Both the position numbers and the translations under genes were made by a program. Shown here in pieces: positions 12,025 to 24,733 of a stretch of 64,000 bases of DNA. The DNA lies in assembly GCF_036365525.1 (NCBI RefSeq), contig NC_090415.1:13020001-13084000 (forward strand). Reading direction: 5' to 3'. A model generated the notes under the pieces. It saw nothing but the letters and a program-made list of their open reading frames with translations, was not told the DNA's origin and did no database searches. This DNA comes from Heterodontus francisci. Taxonomy: Eukaryota. Each line of letters starts with the position of its first letter. The first letter of the stretch is position 1.

Positions 12025-13832
12025 GCAATTTTTTTGTTCATTACTTCTGCCATTTCCTTATTACCAAACTTGAACTTCCAATTTACATTCTCAACACTCA
12101 CTTTACTTACACTTTTCTTTTTCAAATGCCTGCAGAAACCCTTGCTATCCGTTATTGCATTTCCAGCCAGCTTACTCCCATGCTCTAATTTCTTTGCCCC
12201 TGATTAACCTTTGGTCAGAATATATAGAATGGCACAGAATGACTCAATCATCTGACCTACCACTCATCTTTGCACAATTCTCTGCCTTTTCATTCAGGTT
12301 GATGCCTTCCTTAACTTCTTTAATCAACCATGGATGGAAGGTCCTCCCCTTGGAATTATTCTTTACAGTAGGGATATACTTATTTTAAGTATTCTGAAAT
12401 ATCCACTTAAATGTCTGCCACTGCTTCTCAATTGATCCCAGTTCACTTCAGCTAGCTCAGCTTTCATGCCCACATAGTTGTCCTTATTTAAGCTTAAAAT
12501 ATTAGTCTTAGACCCACTCCTCTCACTTTCAAACTGGATGCAAACTTCAATCATATTGTGATCATTGCTACCAAGAGGTGCATTTACTCTGAGGTCATTA
12601 ATTAATCCTGTCAAATTGCACAATGTCAAGTCGAGCAAGTTCTAGAACATGCTGCTGGAAGAAACTATCTCGAAAGCACTCTATGAACTCCTCATACAGG
12701 CTTCTATTACCAATCTCATTCTTTCCAGTTTATAATTATTTACTTTAGACATACAGCACTGAAACAGGCCCTTCAGTCCACCGAGTCTGTACCAACCATC
12801 AACCACCCATTTATACTAATCCTACATTAATCCCATATTCCTACCCCATCCCCACCTTTCCTCAATTCTCCTATCACCTACCGAAACTCGGGGCAATTTA
12901 TAATAGCCAATTTACCTATCAACCTGCAAGCCTTTGGCTGTGGGAGGAAACTGGAGCACCCGGCGAAAACCCACAGAGTCACAAGGAGAACTTGCAAACT
13001 CCGCACAGGCAGTACACTGAATTGGACCTGGGTCGCTGGAGCTGTGAGGCTGCGGTGCTAACCACTGTGTTGATTAAAACACCTGTGTTTCTTTCCATCT
13101 CATTATCACAAGCACCCAATAGATATTCTTGTATCCTTCATCCTAAATTGTGATGACTGTCTGGGGGCCTGTAGACTGTTCCGACTAGTGCCTCTTTCCC
13201 CGACTAGTCCTCATCTCCACTCAAACCGATTCTACATCCTGATCTCCTGAACCAAGGTCATGTCTAACAATTGCACCAATACGATCCTTGATTAACAGTG
13301 CCAAACATCCACCTTTACCTCGCTTCCTATTCTTCTTGAATGTTACATATCCCTCAATATTGAGGACCTAATCCTTGTTATCCTGCAGCCATGTCTCCAT
13401 AATGACTATTAGATCATATTTATTTACTTCAACGTGTGCTATCAGTTCCTCTACTTTGTTATGAATTCTACATGCATTCACATAAAGAGCCTTTGGTGTT
13501 ATCTTTTTGTTATCTTTGTCACATCTAGTGTTGACTGTTGGTCTGCTCTTAGGTTATTTCTCTCTGCCCCTTCCTGCCCTTCATTTCCCATATAACTATT
13601 GTGTTCTCCTGCCTTGACTCTACCCCTTGATTTGTTACATCTACTAAAGCTTGATGCCTCTACCCCTTTGTTTAGATCAAGTACCTCTCTACATCCCTAG
13701 TTATATGGTTTTCTCGAACACTGGTCCCAGCTTGTTTCAGGTGTAGACTGTCCAAACGGTACAGCCTCCACTTTCCCTAGTCCTGGTGCCAGTGCCCCAC
13801 AAACTGAACCTGACTTCTCCCACACCAGTCTT
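12025..13832 (-). mobile_element. Decayed CR1 LINE (5' ORF2 part) interrupted by a V-SINE
   Basis: LDLTLCNLTGLINDLRVNAPLGSNDHNMIE; paralogous to 7730-8822. Confidence 0.85.
12736..13069 (-). mobile_element. V-SINE (HE1-like), near full length
   Basis: tRNA-like head, V-domain and CR1-like tail; absent from the paralogous site near 8050. Confidence 0.88.
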
Positions 13833-13879
13833 GGCGGGTGTAAGTTTCACTGTATATCTCACTCCCTGGTCTACAATTT

Positions 13880-15630
13880 ACCTCTGTCAGTTTCAGTTTT
13901 TGAATGTGGCTTTATCTGTACCTGTCAGTTTGTTTTATGTGAGAAACGTCTTATTCAGTACCTTTCAGCTTCTGGTGTATGTGTATCTGCCTTGTACTTT
14001 GTTCCCATCAGTATATGGTATGTGATTGTGGATTTGACACAATATTACATTCTTGTGTATATGAGTGGGGGTTCACACTTTATCTTTGATTGTCTAGTAT
14101 GCCAATTTAAGGTTTAACCTGTGACCTTAAATGTCTAATGTGTAGCTGAGGCCTTGAACCTGTCCCTGTCTGGTATAAGAGTAAGAGTTTCAGTGTGGAT
14201 TTTACACCACATCTCTCCACGCTCTCGGATGTGAATGTGATTTTTAATCTGTACATGCCAGTTTCTGACACTGGCTGTGAGGTTTACTTTGTACATTGTC
14301 ATTCTCTGAAATGTGACTGCCAATTTTATTCTGAACCTGTCAGTTTTTTTTTCTCTGTGTGTGAGTTTTAGCCTGTATCTGTCAGTATCTGGTATATGAA
14401 TGTTCTTAATTATGTGTGTGTTGTTCTGTATCTATCAGTGTCTGAAGTGCAATTGTCAGGTTTACTTTGTACCTGTCAGTGTCTGTTATGGATGAGAGGC
14501 TTTCACTCTCTGTTAACTTCTTGCAGTTCATTATGGATTTCACTCTGTGTCTGTCAGTCTCTGGTAGATAAATGTGGCAGTTATACTGTATCTCCTAATT
14601 TCTGATATGTGAATGTAGATTTTAATGTGTACCTCTTGGTTTCTCCTATGTGAGTCTTTTTACAATCTGTTTCTGCCAGTTTCTCATATGTGAGGGTGGC
14701 ATTTATTCTGTACCTGTTACTTTCCGAAATGTGGGAAGAATTTACTCTTTCCCTGTCAGTTGCTGATATGTGAATGTGAGTTTATTCTGGATCTTTCAAT
14801 CTTTGGAATTTGAGAACATGCTTTACCCTATATCTGTTTGCTTCTGTTAAGTGAATGAGGGATTAAATCTGTACCTGTCCATTGATAGTAAATGAATGTA
14901 GTTTTTAGTCTGTACCTGTCAGTTTATGGAAAATGAAAGTGGATTTATTTCACTCTCTGACAGATTCTGATATCTGACTGTTGTTTTATTCTTTACCTGT
15001 TATTTTCTGGGATATGATTGTGGTTTTTGATCTGTACCTATCAGTTTCTGTTACTTGAGTGTTACTTGCACCAGTTGTCTTCTGGTATGTGAGTGTCAGT
15101 TTTAAGCTGCACCTGTATGATAGGTTAAACCCTAAGGTATGATATTGTGGGTTTATTCTGTGACATGGGGCCTTTCTCTGAATCAGTCGATTTCTGCTCT
15201 GTAACTGTACGTTTTAATATGCAGCTTACAGTTCCTGATAGGTGTATGAGCATATTTTCTTTGTACGCAGTTATCAATGTCTATTACATGAGGATGTGTG
15301 TTATTCCTAGATTTCAATTTCTGTTATTGAAGAAGAGATTTTCCTTTGTACTTCTCTGTCTCTGCAATGTGTCCATGTCTGTTACTGGTAACTGTCTGTC
15401 TCTGTTAGGTGACTCTGGTTTTATTCTCTATCGGACAGCCTCTTGCCTGTGAGGGGTTTTATTTTCTTCTCTGTATCTGTCAGTTTCCTTTCTGTGGCTG
15501 AATGTTTTAATCTTGACTTGAACTTTTTAATAATTTGTAAATGTGAATTTCACTTTGTGCCTGTCTGTTTACATTATATGAATGTGTTTATTTTTATTTT
15601 GTCAACATCAGTTTCAGGCATGTGAGGGTG
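13880..15630. repeat. Degenerate ~41-bp satellite block (duplicate of 8870-10650)
   Basis: Same unit, colinear with copy A. Confidence 0.75.
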
Positions 15631-16294
15631 AGATTCACTGTCTCCAGGATGCACCCTCTTGTGAGACTGACAGAGTGCCTTTTAATCTGATAGTGGGTTC
15701 TGCTTTTGAACTTTACCTAACTTTCAGCAGTATTGATTTGGAATGGATTGGATACAATGTCTGTCTCTTCTGATTTGTTTGATTGCTGAATTGGAAATGT
15801 GTCTCTAAACTTAGGATCAGTGAAACTTTGACTACATCTGCTTCTTGTGACAATGCCATGAACTGAAGGCCTATGGGAGTGGTACTGTACCTTGTCTGTG
15901 ATGGAAGGAGCCGACTGCACTTTCCCTTGTGCCTGGGAATCATCACATTCATTCTGCTCCCTTGAACTTTTCAACGACAGAAAGGAAGAAAACTATGTCT
16001 TGTAAGTCACGAGCAGTTGAGTTGGAAGCTAGAAAAGAGATTAATGTAACATTTCAATTAATAATCATTATGACTAATTACAAATGCTAACCAAAAATAC
16101 AAAGAATATCACTGTCTGATTCCACTGCAGCTCTCAGCATCTGCTGACGAGATGTCTTGGCAGTTTCACAACAATTTTTGGACATCCAGAAACAAGCCAA
16201 CATCTACACTGCTCCAAGGTTGGGACGACCTGATGGAGCAGGGATATTTGTGCAGGTCAGGTTTCTATTTCCATCTGGCATTATAATTTAATAA

Positions 16295-16875
16295 CCTAAG
16301 AACTAGGAGCAGGAGTCAGCCATTCAGCCTCTCCAGCCTGATCCACCATTCAATAAAATCATGTCTGATTTGATCTTGGCTTCAGCTCCATTATCCTGCC
16401 TGGCTAAAAACCCATTACTCCCTTGTAGATAAAAAAATTAACTCATCCTTGAATATATTTCATCATCCAGCCTCCACTGCTCTCAAGGGTAGAAAATTCC
16501 ATAGATTAATGACACTTTGAGAGAAGAAATTCTTCCTTACCTCCGTCTAAAATGGGAGACCCCTTATTCTGAAACTGTACGGCGTGGTTCTTGATTCCCT
16601 CGAGGGGAGATATCTTCTCAGCATCTACTCTGTCAAGACCCCTCAGAATTTTACACTTTGCAATAAGATTAGCTCTGATTATTACAAACTCCAATGAGTG
16701 TAACACAACCTGCTCAACCTTTTCCTCAAAGCGCAACCTATTCATCGCAGGAAGCAACCGAACGAACCTTGCCTGAACTGCATCCAATGCGAAGGAGACC
16801 ACAACTGTATCCAATACTCCAGGTGAGGTCTCACCAACAACTGACGTTTATATTCCATCCCCCTTGCAATAAATG
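16295..16875 (-). mobile_element. CR1 LINE 3' fragment
   Basis: LDAVQARFVRLLPAM..KILRGLDRVDAEK. Confidence 0.85.
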
Positions 16876-17019
16876 CCAACAGTCCGGCTCTGTTTTCACT
16901 ATTCACTTGTCAATAACAACAAACAGCGTGAAATAGGAGCTAAACCACGAACAAGCATTACAGGTTTGAGGAGAGAAAACAGCCATGAATTTCAACAGCA
17001 GCTTCTTCACCTTTTGTCT

Positions 17020-17400
17020 CACTTACGCAGTGCACACGCAGCCCAAGAAATGCCTCTGCCTTCCGCCGCTCACTCCATGTTACCGGATCACTTCCTGCCT
17101 CACTCTGTCTCTTGCAAACAACTCGCAACCCTCCTGAACTTGCCCCAAAGTCAATGACGATCTCTGAGCCAGATTGCGGACAAGTTTCCCCAAACAAAGT
17201 GCTGCTGGAAGGAGACTGCTGTTTGCTGACTTACCCCGATACTGTAATATCTCCATTCCCTCTGTTAAAAACAAACGCTTTCCCCTCTTTGAATAAATGC
17301 CGTTCAATGGCCTTGCAGGCACAGGGGAGCGCATGCGCTCAGTCGGTCAACAACTCTCAAAGGTGTGGGCGGGGCTTTACCGCGCATGCGCTTCTTTCGG
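17020..17400 (-). promoter_or_regulatory. CpG-rich promoter-like region with candidate first exon of an unannotated transcript (unit 1)
   Basis: GCGCATGCGC at 17329 and 17382, GC box at 17367, ETS-like CACTTCCTG at 17089, minus-strand ATG at 17256 with GTAAGT donor at 17234, second GTAAGT at 17026. Confidence 0.55.
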
Positions 17401-17924
17401 CAACGCTTTGAAAAACAAAAATACAAACAATTGGAACTTTATTCAGTTCAGTTTTATCACATTGTGAGCGATGGAACAGGGGCTGCGGGTAAGATAGAGA
17501 AGGTTCACATCTGGGAGATTACCCCTTTATAAAGTTCAATTTGAGATTATTCTCTGCAGTATGTTTGCCCAGTTTCTCAAAGCAATCCTTGGAGGGAGTC
17601 GGTGTGTTTGCTGGGATCGCGCAGGATTTAATATCTGACAGTAACAGTCCTAGATTCATGTAATCACATTGAAAATGTCTGTCACTGAGTGTCAGAGCGA
17701 ACGGTTCGAGCTGAAACATTGCAGAGACCTCAACAGGGCAGAAAAAAAGTTACATTTGGGACATTGTGTGACTCACTTTCGGACACGTCCTCAGATTGTG
17801 AGATTAATAATGTGGCTGCTTGTGGCACCATATAAGTGAGAGATAAGTTTGTATCGTCGGTCTCCCCGGGTGGATCTTTCGAGATAAAACGAATCTGACA
17901 TTTCAGCCCACAACTCAATAATTA

Positions 17925-18585
17925 CAGTTCAGTCAGTCTAACCTCAGTAGTGAGCAAAATATTGGAATCATTCTGAGAGACAGGATAAACTGTCACTTAG
18001 AAAGGCATCCATGAGGGTCTGTGGGCCATTCGGATTAATGTGTACAGTACTGGTCTCCTTATTTAAGGAATGGTGTAAATGCATTGGAGGCAGTACAGAG
18101 AAGGTTCACGAGGCTAATTCCTGGAATGGACGAGCTGTCTTACGAGGAAGGATTGGACAAGCTAGGCTTGTATCCACTGGAATTTAGAGTAAGATGTGAC
18201 TTGATTGAAACATATAATATCCTGAGGGGTCTTGACAGGGTGGATGTGGAAAGGATGTTTCCCCTTGTGGGAGAATCTATAACTAGGGGTCACTGTTTAG
18301 AAATAAGGGGTCGCAAATTTATGACAGAGATAAGGAGATTTTTATTTTCTTTCGGAGGGTCGTGAGCCTTTGGAATTCTCATCCTCAAAAGGCAATATAA
18401 GCAGAGTCTTTGAATATTTTTAAGGCAGTGTAAATAGTTTCTTGACGAACAAGGGAGTGGAGGATTACCGGGGGGTGCTGGAAATGTGAAGTAATCAGTA
18501 GAGACAAAAACTTATTGAATGGCATGGCAGAGCAGGCTCGAAGGACCGAGTGGCCTACTCCTGATCATAATTCGTATGTTCGTAC
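17925..18585 (+). mobile_element. CR1 LINE 3' fragment with internal deletion
   Basis: EAVQRRFTRLIPGMDELSYEE..ILRGLDRVD and CR1 tail. Confidence 0.88.
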
Positions 18586-18589
18586 ATGA

Positions 18590-20655
18590 GGATCGAGTTA
18601 CCAACAGCAGCAGAATTGTACTCAACTGCAATCTGTAATCTCATGGCCCGGCATATCCCCCAGTCTACCATTACCATCAAGGCAGGTGACCAAACGTGGT
18701 TCAATGAAGAGTACAGCAGGGCATGCCAGGAGCAGCACCCGGCATACCTCAAAATGAGGTGTCAACCTGGGGAAGCTACAACACAGGATTATTTGGGGGC
18801 CAAATTGTGTAAGCAGCATGCGATAGACAGAGTCAAGTGATCTCATAACCAACAGATCAGATCTAAGCTCTGCAGTCTTGTCACATCCAGCCATGAATGG
18901 TGGTGCACAATTAAAAGACTAACTGAAGGAGGTGGCTCCACAAATATCCCCATCTTCAATGATGAGGGAGCCCAACACATCAGTGTGAAAGATAAGGTTG
19001 AAGCATTTGCAACAATCTTCGCTCGAGGTGCCGAGTTGATGATTCATCTCGGACTCCTCCTGAATGCATCAGCTATTTCGATTCACTCCGTGTGACATCA
19101 AGTAACGACTAAAGGCACTGGAGACTGCAAAGGCTCTGGGCTCCAACAATGTTCTGGCAATAGTTCTGAAGACCTATTCTCCAGAACTTGATCTGCCCCT
19201 AGCCAAGTTGTTCCAGTACAGCTACAACATTGGCATGTACCTGACAATGTGGAATATTCCCCAAGTATGTCTTTGACACCAAAAGCAGGTCATGTCCAAG
19301 CTGGACAATCAGCCTACTCTCAATCATCATAAAAGTGATGGAAGATGTCATCAACAGTGCCATCAAACGGCATTTGCTTTGTAATAACCTGCTCAGTGAC
19401 GCTCAGTTGGGATTGCGCCAGTGCCAATCAGCTCCTGACCACATTACAGCCGGAGTTCAAACATGGACAAAAGAGCTGAATTCAAGAAGTGAAGAGAAAG
19501 TGACTGCCCTTGACATCAAGGCAGCATTTGACCGACTATGGCATCAAGGAACCCTTGCAAAACTGGGGTCAATGGGAATCAGTGGGAAAACTCTCCGCTG
19601 GCTGGAGTCATACCTAGTGCAAAGGAAGATGGTTGTGGTTGTTCGAGGTCAATCATCTCAGCTCCAGGACTTCACTGCAGGAGTTCCTCAGGGTAATGTC
19701 CTCGGCCCAACCATCTTCAGCTGCTTCATCAATGACCTTCCTTCAATCATAACGTCAGAAGTGGGGATGTTCACTGATGATTCTCCAATGTTCAGCATGA
19801 TTCGTGACACCTCAGCTACTGAAGCAATCCGTGTAGAAATGCAGCAAGACCAGGACATTATCCAGGCTTGTGCTGATAAGTGGCAAGTAACATTCGTGCC
19901 ACACAAGTGCCAGGCAACTACCATCTCCAACAAGAGAGAATCTAACCATCTCCCCTTAACATTCAATGGCAATTAGCATCGCTAAATCCCCCACTATCAA
20001 TATCCCAGGAGCTACCATTGACCAGAAACTGAACTGGAGTAGCCATATAAATACCGTGGCTACAAGAGAGGATAGGAATCCTGCGACGAGCAAATAACCT
20101 GCTGACTCCCCAAAGCCTGTCCACCATTTACAAGGCAGAAGTCTGGAGTGTGATGGAATACTCTCCACTTGCCTGGATGTGTGCAGCTCCAACAACACTC
20201 AAGAAGCTCGACACCAGCCAGGACGAAGCAGCCCACTTGATTGCCACCCCATGCACAAACATTCACTCCCGCCACCACCGGTACACATCAGAGCAGTGTG
20301 TAACATTTACAATATGCACTGCAGCAACGAACCAAGGCTCTTTCGACAGCACTTTCCAAACCCGCGACCTCAACCAACTAGAATCTCAAGGGCAGCTGAT
20401 GCATGGGAACACCACCACCTGCAAGTTCCGCTCCAAGTCACACATCATTCTGACTTAGAATTATATTGCTGTTCATTCACTGTCACTGTGTCAAAATCCT
20501 GGAACTCCCTTCCTAACAGCACTGTGGCTGTACCTACCTCACATGGAGTGCAGCAGTTCAAGAAGCCATTTCACCACAACCTCCTCAAGGGCAGTGAGGG
20601 ATGGGCAATAAATGCTGGCCGAGCCAGCAACACCCACATCATATGAATGAATTTG
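18590..20655 (+). mobile_element. Decayed non-LTR retrotransposon of a second family (CR1/L2-group RT)
   Basis: ALDIKAAFDRLWH, GVPQGNVLGP..FINDL, MFTDD; tail GGCAATAAATGCTGGCC..CCCACATC..TGAATGAA. Confidence 0.85.
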
Positions 20656-20659
20656 AAAA

Positions 20660-20890
20660 AAAGTGTGGCGGTGTTCTGGAACTCACTACCTGAAAGGGTA
20701 GTTGAGGCATAAACCTTCAACTCATACAAAAGAGGTCTGGATATGCATCTCAAGTGCCGTAATCTGCGGGTTACGGACCAAATGCTGGCAGCTGGGATTA
20801 GAATAGGTGGAATTCTTTTCGGCTGGCACAGACACGATGGGCCAAGTGGCTTCTTTCTGTGCCATAAAATTTCGATGCTTCTATGATTCT
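20660..20890 (+). mobile_element. CR1 3' tail fragment
   Basis: TGGAACTCACTACCTGAAAGGGTAGTTGAGGCA...GATGGGCCAAGTGGCTTCTTTCTGTGCC, similar to 25005-25200. Confidence 0.7.
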
Positions 20891-21883
20891 AAGTGAATAC
20901 ATATCTCTCTATCTCACCATCCTCCAAGCCTCTCCCCCAATCCAGATCTTTCTCTCTCTCTGCCTTTTTCTCGCTATTGATGCTGTCTCTCTCCCTCTGC
21001 CTTTGGTGCTGTATCTATGTTGGAGATACAGTTACTAAGTGTTATATGTATGCATTCTATTGTAGTACTGATAGTCTCTCTCTCTGAATATTCAGGTGAA
21101 GGTGAAATACTGTTATTCAGTGTGAAAGGGACACACAGTTGGAAATTGTAAGACTGAAACGGTCTGTCTCCTTCCCTCTCTCACCCCTCTCTCTCTTTCA
21201 CTCTCCCTCTCTCTGTCGCTCTGTTGTTGTATATGAAAGAGGAATGAAGTTATTGAGCGTGTTATGGACACGCTGAAGAGACGTACGGTATTGGAACAGT
21301 GAACACGCCACCGGTGCCGCAGGTGAGACGGTCACTGTCACTTCTCCGCTCGGATGTTCGAATCTGACGGTGTGTTTATCTGTCTTCAGTCCTGAATCTA
21401 AGCACGGAGAGAACCAGCCTGTCACTGCCTGGAACAAAATAAAAACACTGTGTATGAATGTGGGATTATTGTGCAACTGGACGTCTCTCCTTGAGAATGG
21501 GATGTCTAGGACACCTAGAAAAAAATATGGATGGAATGTAGGGACAGACAGGGCATAATTTGTATTTTCACCGTCAGGAAACATGCTTGTGTGTGATCAA
21601 TATAATAACATCAAAGCCGATATTGGTTTGAACAGATTCAAAGCTGTGATTGGCTCTTGACGCCAAATCTGGGAAACAGACAACATTCGCAGCGCCAGTC
21701 TCAGAGTGTTTAACACTTGCTGAGCCTAGAAAATGCAAATACCCACCGTGAATCCGCAGCACAGGCCGAGCGGAGGGGAAATCCTGTCCTGGAAACGCTA
21801 AATTTAACGACCTGAGATTGTGTGGATGTGAATATTGTGGAAGAGAGTGTATTAAAGGGGCGGGCGCGTTAGTCTAATGCCAC

Positions 21884-22310
21884 TGTGTTTGTGGGTCTGG
21901 TCTCATCGCCGGATTTCCGAGTCCCTCTTGCGTAAAATAACAAGATTTTCCAGTCAAAGAAGCACTTTGCTCCCCTTCTAATCCTCAAAGTGGGAATTCA
22001 GTGTTGTTTGTTTGTTGATTTCAAGATTTTAGTCGAAAAGTATGGAACATGTCAGCGATCGGCTGAGAGAGAGTCATCAGTGCAGCAATGAAACGGGTTT
22101 CAGTCGAAAATGGAGTCTTTACTTCAAGCGAAACCTTTGTGACAGCAAACATTCTGATGTCAGAGACAGGAAGGATCTAGCCTGGGACTCTGGAATACCC
22201 GAATTTCAGTGGAATTGGAGAGTTTAGGACCAGAGAGAAACACAGAGAGGCAGCAGGAGCCGGGAGCTGACAGCAGGTTGTCTCCGCCCCGTCCGCTCGC
22301 TGCCTTTAAG
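21884..22310 (+). promoter_or_regulatory. H1 promoter: TG box, H1/AC box, GC box and weak TATA-like element
   Basis: TGTGTTT 21884-21890, AAACACA 22238-22244, CCGCCCC 22284-22290, TTTAAG 22305-22310. Confidence 0.7.
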
Positions 22311-22388
22311 TTGCTCAGTGCCGCCACCACCAGCTTCATTTCTCACCCAGTTCTGACTGACAGAGAGACTTTGTGCAGAGTCCTGGAC

Positions 22389-23102
22389 ATGACCGATACT
22401 GCAGCCGCCGAAACGGCTCCTCCAGCCGCCGCCGCTCAAGTCAAGACTCCCAAGAAGAAGAAAGCGGCTCCCCGGAAGGGGTCATGCGGTCCCAAGTTGG
22501 GCGAGCTGATCCTCAAGACTGTGGCGGAATGCAGTGTCCGCAGTGGGATGTCACTGCAGGCAATAAAGAAGGCTCTGCGTGTTAAAGGTGTCGATGTGGA
22601 GAAGGGCAAGTTCCAAATCAAGCAAAGTATCAAGCGGCTTGTGGCGAAAGACTTCCTGGTGCAGACGAAGGGCACGGGGGCGTCCGGCAGCTTCAAAATC
22701 GCGAAACAGGAAAAGAAGGGAAATGTGGTGAAGAAGATTAAGACAGGAGCAGCCAAGAGATCTTTAGTGAAGAAAACAGCTGCCAAGAAACAGATAACAA
22801 AGAAAACAGCCAAGAAATCCCCAGGGAAGAAAATAGTCGCCAAGAAAGTGAGCAGCAAGAAGACAGCAGCCAAGAAAGTGAGCAGCAAGAAGACAGCAGC
22901 CAAGAAAGTGAGCACCAAGAAGGCGGCAACGCCAAAGAAGGCGGTAAAGAAAGCAACGCTTCCAAAAAAATCTCCAGCGAAGAATGCCAATAAAGCCAAG
23001 AGGGCCACGGGCGGAAAGCCGCCCAAGAAAGTCCAATCATCAAGGGGCGGGAAGAAGCCGAAAGCAGCAAAGGCTCAGAAAGCAGCTCCTGGAAAGAAGT
23101 GA
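22389..23102 (+). CDS. H1: Linker histone H1, 237 aa, replication-dependent, divergent globular domain
   Basis: ATG 22389 (MTDTAAAETAPP); LVQTKGTGASGSFK motif; K/A-rich tail with S/TPxK motifs; stem-loop downstream. Confidence 0.96.
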   Translation: MTDTAAAETAPPAAAAQVKTPKKKKAAPRKGSCGPKLGELILKTVAECSVRSGMSLQAIKKALRVKGVDVEKGKFQIKQSIKRLVAKDFLVQTKGTGASGSFKIAKQEKKGNVVKKIKTGAAKRSLVKKTAAKKQITKKTAKKSPGKKIVAKKVSSKKTAAKKVSSKKTAAKKVSTKKAATPKKAVKKATLPKKSPAKNANKAKRATGGKPPKKVQSSRGGKKPKAAKAQKAAPGKK

Positions 23103-23138
23103 AACAGCACGGGAAACCTGTAGACATCTGAACCCAAA

Positions 23139-23179
23139 GGCTCTTTTCAGAGCCACCCACGTCTCTCAGGAAAGAGCTG
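23139..23179 (+). terminator. H1 3' stem-loop and U7 downstream element
   Basis: GGCTCTTTTCAGAGCC 23139-23154, ACCCA, then AAAGAGCTG at 23171. Confidence 0.95.
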
Positions 23180-23689
23180 ATCCGCCGATCAAATGATCCC
23201 TGTCCCGCAGTCGTGTGCACATTTCACCTAGAAATGATTTGAAGTAAATCCAGGTTCCCTGGTGACTCTCAACCCAGCCCTTCCTCACTCTCTGCAACAA
23301 ATCAGGGATGTCCGGGCCTCACTGTACCCGGGTATATGTTCGGTGAAGTCTCAGTTCATGCTCGTTTCAGGGTGACAGCCTGTAACACAGTAACACGGGC
23401 GAGATACCCCACGTCACATCTCAAACTCCAATACATGATTTTGTATAATTCAGCTGGGGTTCGGTTTCAGTAAACTGCTCAATCCGTCTGGGAGGAGAGG
23501 TGTGCGGAAACAGGTTGACTTGTGATCGGAAGCACTGCACTTAGGCGGGTGTATTACGAACTTTTAATTGTAACAGATCCTTATTTAAAGCGCTAATTTC
23601 TGTTATCTGTGACTATCAATGCCGAATCTCCAGGTTTTATGCTGAGCTCTAATGTCGAGAACTGTTTTTTCTTGAATTGGCGGTTCGAG

Positions 23690-23815
23690 CAAGTGGGAGG
23701 CGGAGCGAGAGGATCAAAGACATTTCTCTGCTCTGTCTGTCACTCAGTTTCCTCCAGACCCGCCTCTGGCTCTCTGTCTCTTTCTCAGTCAGGTCGGGGC
23801 AGGCTGTATAAAAAG
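23690..23815 (+). promoter_or_regulatory. H4 promoter
   Basis: GC-rich boxes, site II-like TCAGTCAGGTC at ~23785-23795, TATAAAA 23807-23813. Confidence 0.65.
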
Positions 23816-23860
23816 GCAGCAGAAACTACTCGTTTCTCATTCAGAATTAGGTTTGTCTGA

Positions 23861-24181
<321 letters not shown>

Positions 24182-24211
24182 ACAAATCGACCTTGTCTAC
24201 CAAAAACAAAA

Positions 24212-24227
24212 GGCTCTTCTAAGAGCC
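24212..24227 (+). terminator. H4 3' stem-loop
   Basis: GGCTCT-TCTA-AGAGCC followed by ACCCA. Confidence 0.93.
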
Positions 24228-24389
24228 ACCCAAAACCTCACATAGAGATAACTGACCTTGAAACTAAAACGGGGATGTCTTGGGATGTGAAATTGTTGGA
24301 GCTCATCCAATGTTATGTGGACTTTATCAGATCAGTATTGAATTCTCTTATAGTCACTTCACGTCTCGCACATTTTTTCACTTTCTTCT

Positions 24390-24733
24390 TCTGTTCCATG
24401 TTTAATAACCGCGTCATGAATTAAAAGGTTGCATTTGATAATGTCCATTGCCGACCTGAACTGCCGGTAAAGATGCAGAAAAGGATTTACTCCCGTTAGA
24501 GTAAGAAATGGCCGGAGCTTTATTCCCGCCAGAGACCGAACAGGGAATGAACCCCTATTCAAACCGTGTTGGAAGACACAGAGGGGAATCTAGGGCGGAT
24601 AAAAATGACGCTAAAAGCAATGAGATTTTATAATCGGTCCCGCCAAATTAGGTTTTCTTTAATCTTTGCGTCGTTTATAATTTGAAAATGGCGGGCTTTT
24701 TGAAATTGATTCAATTTCAGTTGCAGTTCAACC
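24390..24733 (+). repeat. Duplicated copy of the H3 upstream region, truncated at the distal CCAAT box
   Basis: Colinear with ~25715-26046; breaks at CAACC|GG into a CR1 fragment. Confidence 0.85.

Larger units (their letters stand above)
12435..16970. repeat. Segmental duplication copy B
   Basis: Colinear with 7730-12022. Confidence 0.85.

Noticed and set aside
22209-22388. 60-aa N-terminal extension of H1
   Set aside because: Starts at GTG upstream of the AC box and TATA region; the real start is ATG 22389.
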